Virus record (IMG/VR): IMGVR_UViG_3300020594_000016
Location: 1-25,541 of that record
Length of the DNA stretch: 25,541 bases
Source: a virus
Taxonomy: Duplodnaviria > Caudoviricetes
Reading direction: 5' to 3' (one strand)
Part shown: positions 25,352-25,541 of the stretch, piece by piece
Layout: every line of letters begins with the position of its first letter
Position numbering within the stretch: position 1 is the first letter of the stretch
Notes under the pieces: generated by a model
Database searches by the model: none
The model's input: the letters and a program-made list of their open reading frames with translations, nothing else
What the model was told of the DNA's origin: nothing
Translations under genes and position numbers: made by a program

Positions 25352-25541
25352 TAATATTTTTAACAATGGAATTGGGTGATCTTAGTTTGGCGCTGGCTGT
25401 ATAGGTGAAACTATTTTTTTTGGCAACAAAGGGTAAGCAGTTTTCATTATGGAGAGGTTGATTAACCGCCTGCCAAAATCATTGCTGCAACTTGCAGTGC
25501 AGTCTGTGTTTGCTTAATTCTTGATGAGTATTTATTCATAA

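Larger units (their letters stand above)
1..25541 (-). mobile_element. Temperate siphovirus (prophage or phage-plasmid) late-gene region; boundaries lie outside the window
   Basis: Co-oriented terminase, portal, protease, capsid, neck, tail, tape measure and lysis genes. No sheath gene. No integrase, att site or replicon is visible. Confidence 0.95.

Noticed and set aside
1-25541. CRISPR array, tRNA, integrase/att, DGR or invertible fibre segment, intron/intein
   Set aside because: By eye I found no regularly spaced repeats, cloverleaf, recombinase, reverse transcriptase, TR/VR pair or intein motifs.

Overview
The window is the complete virion-morphogenesis and lysis arm of a temperate siphovirus (prophage or phage-plasmid) of a Gram-negative, probably gammaproteobacterial host. 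The host inference rests on the spanins and a CTG-N10-CAG LexA box. Almost all genes are on the minus strand. In transcription order (right to left): accessory ORFs including an orphan Phd-type antitoxin; terS and terL; a fibre cassette placed unusually between terL and portal; a portal-MuF fusion; HK97-type protease and capsid; head-tail connector; a membrane protein plus M15 endolysin; neck and tail genes; a tail chaperone with a -1 frameshift signal; tape measure; compact tail tip; holin and two-component spanins; and a LexA-controlled umuD-ORF72-umuC operon that runs off the left edge. Two plus-strand morons interrupt the late genes. The most striking non-coding signal is that about a dozen late genes have their ribosome-binding region folded into a short hairpin with GGA (usually ANGGA) in the loop, the canonical CsrA/RsmA site. 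This suggests post-transcriptional control of virion assembly and lysis. Two families of repeated promoter-like elements are also visible. All product calls come from motif recognition by eye, not from database searches.
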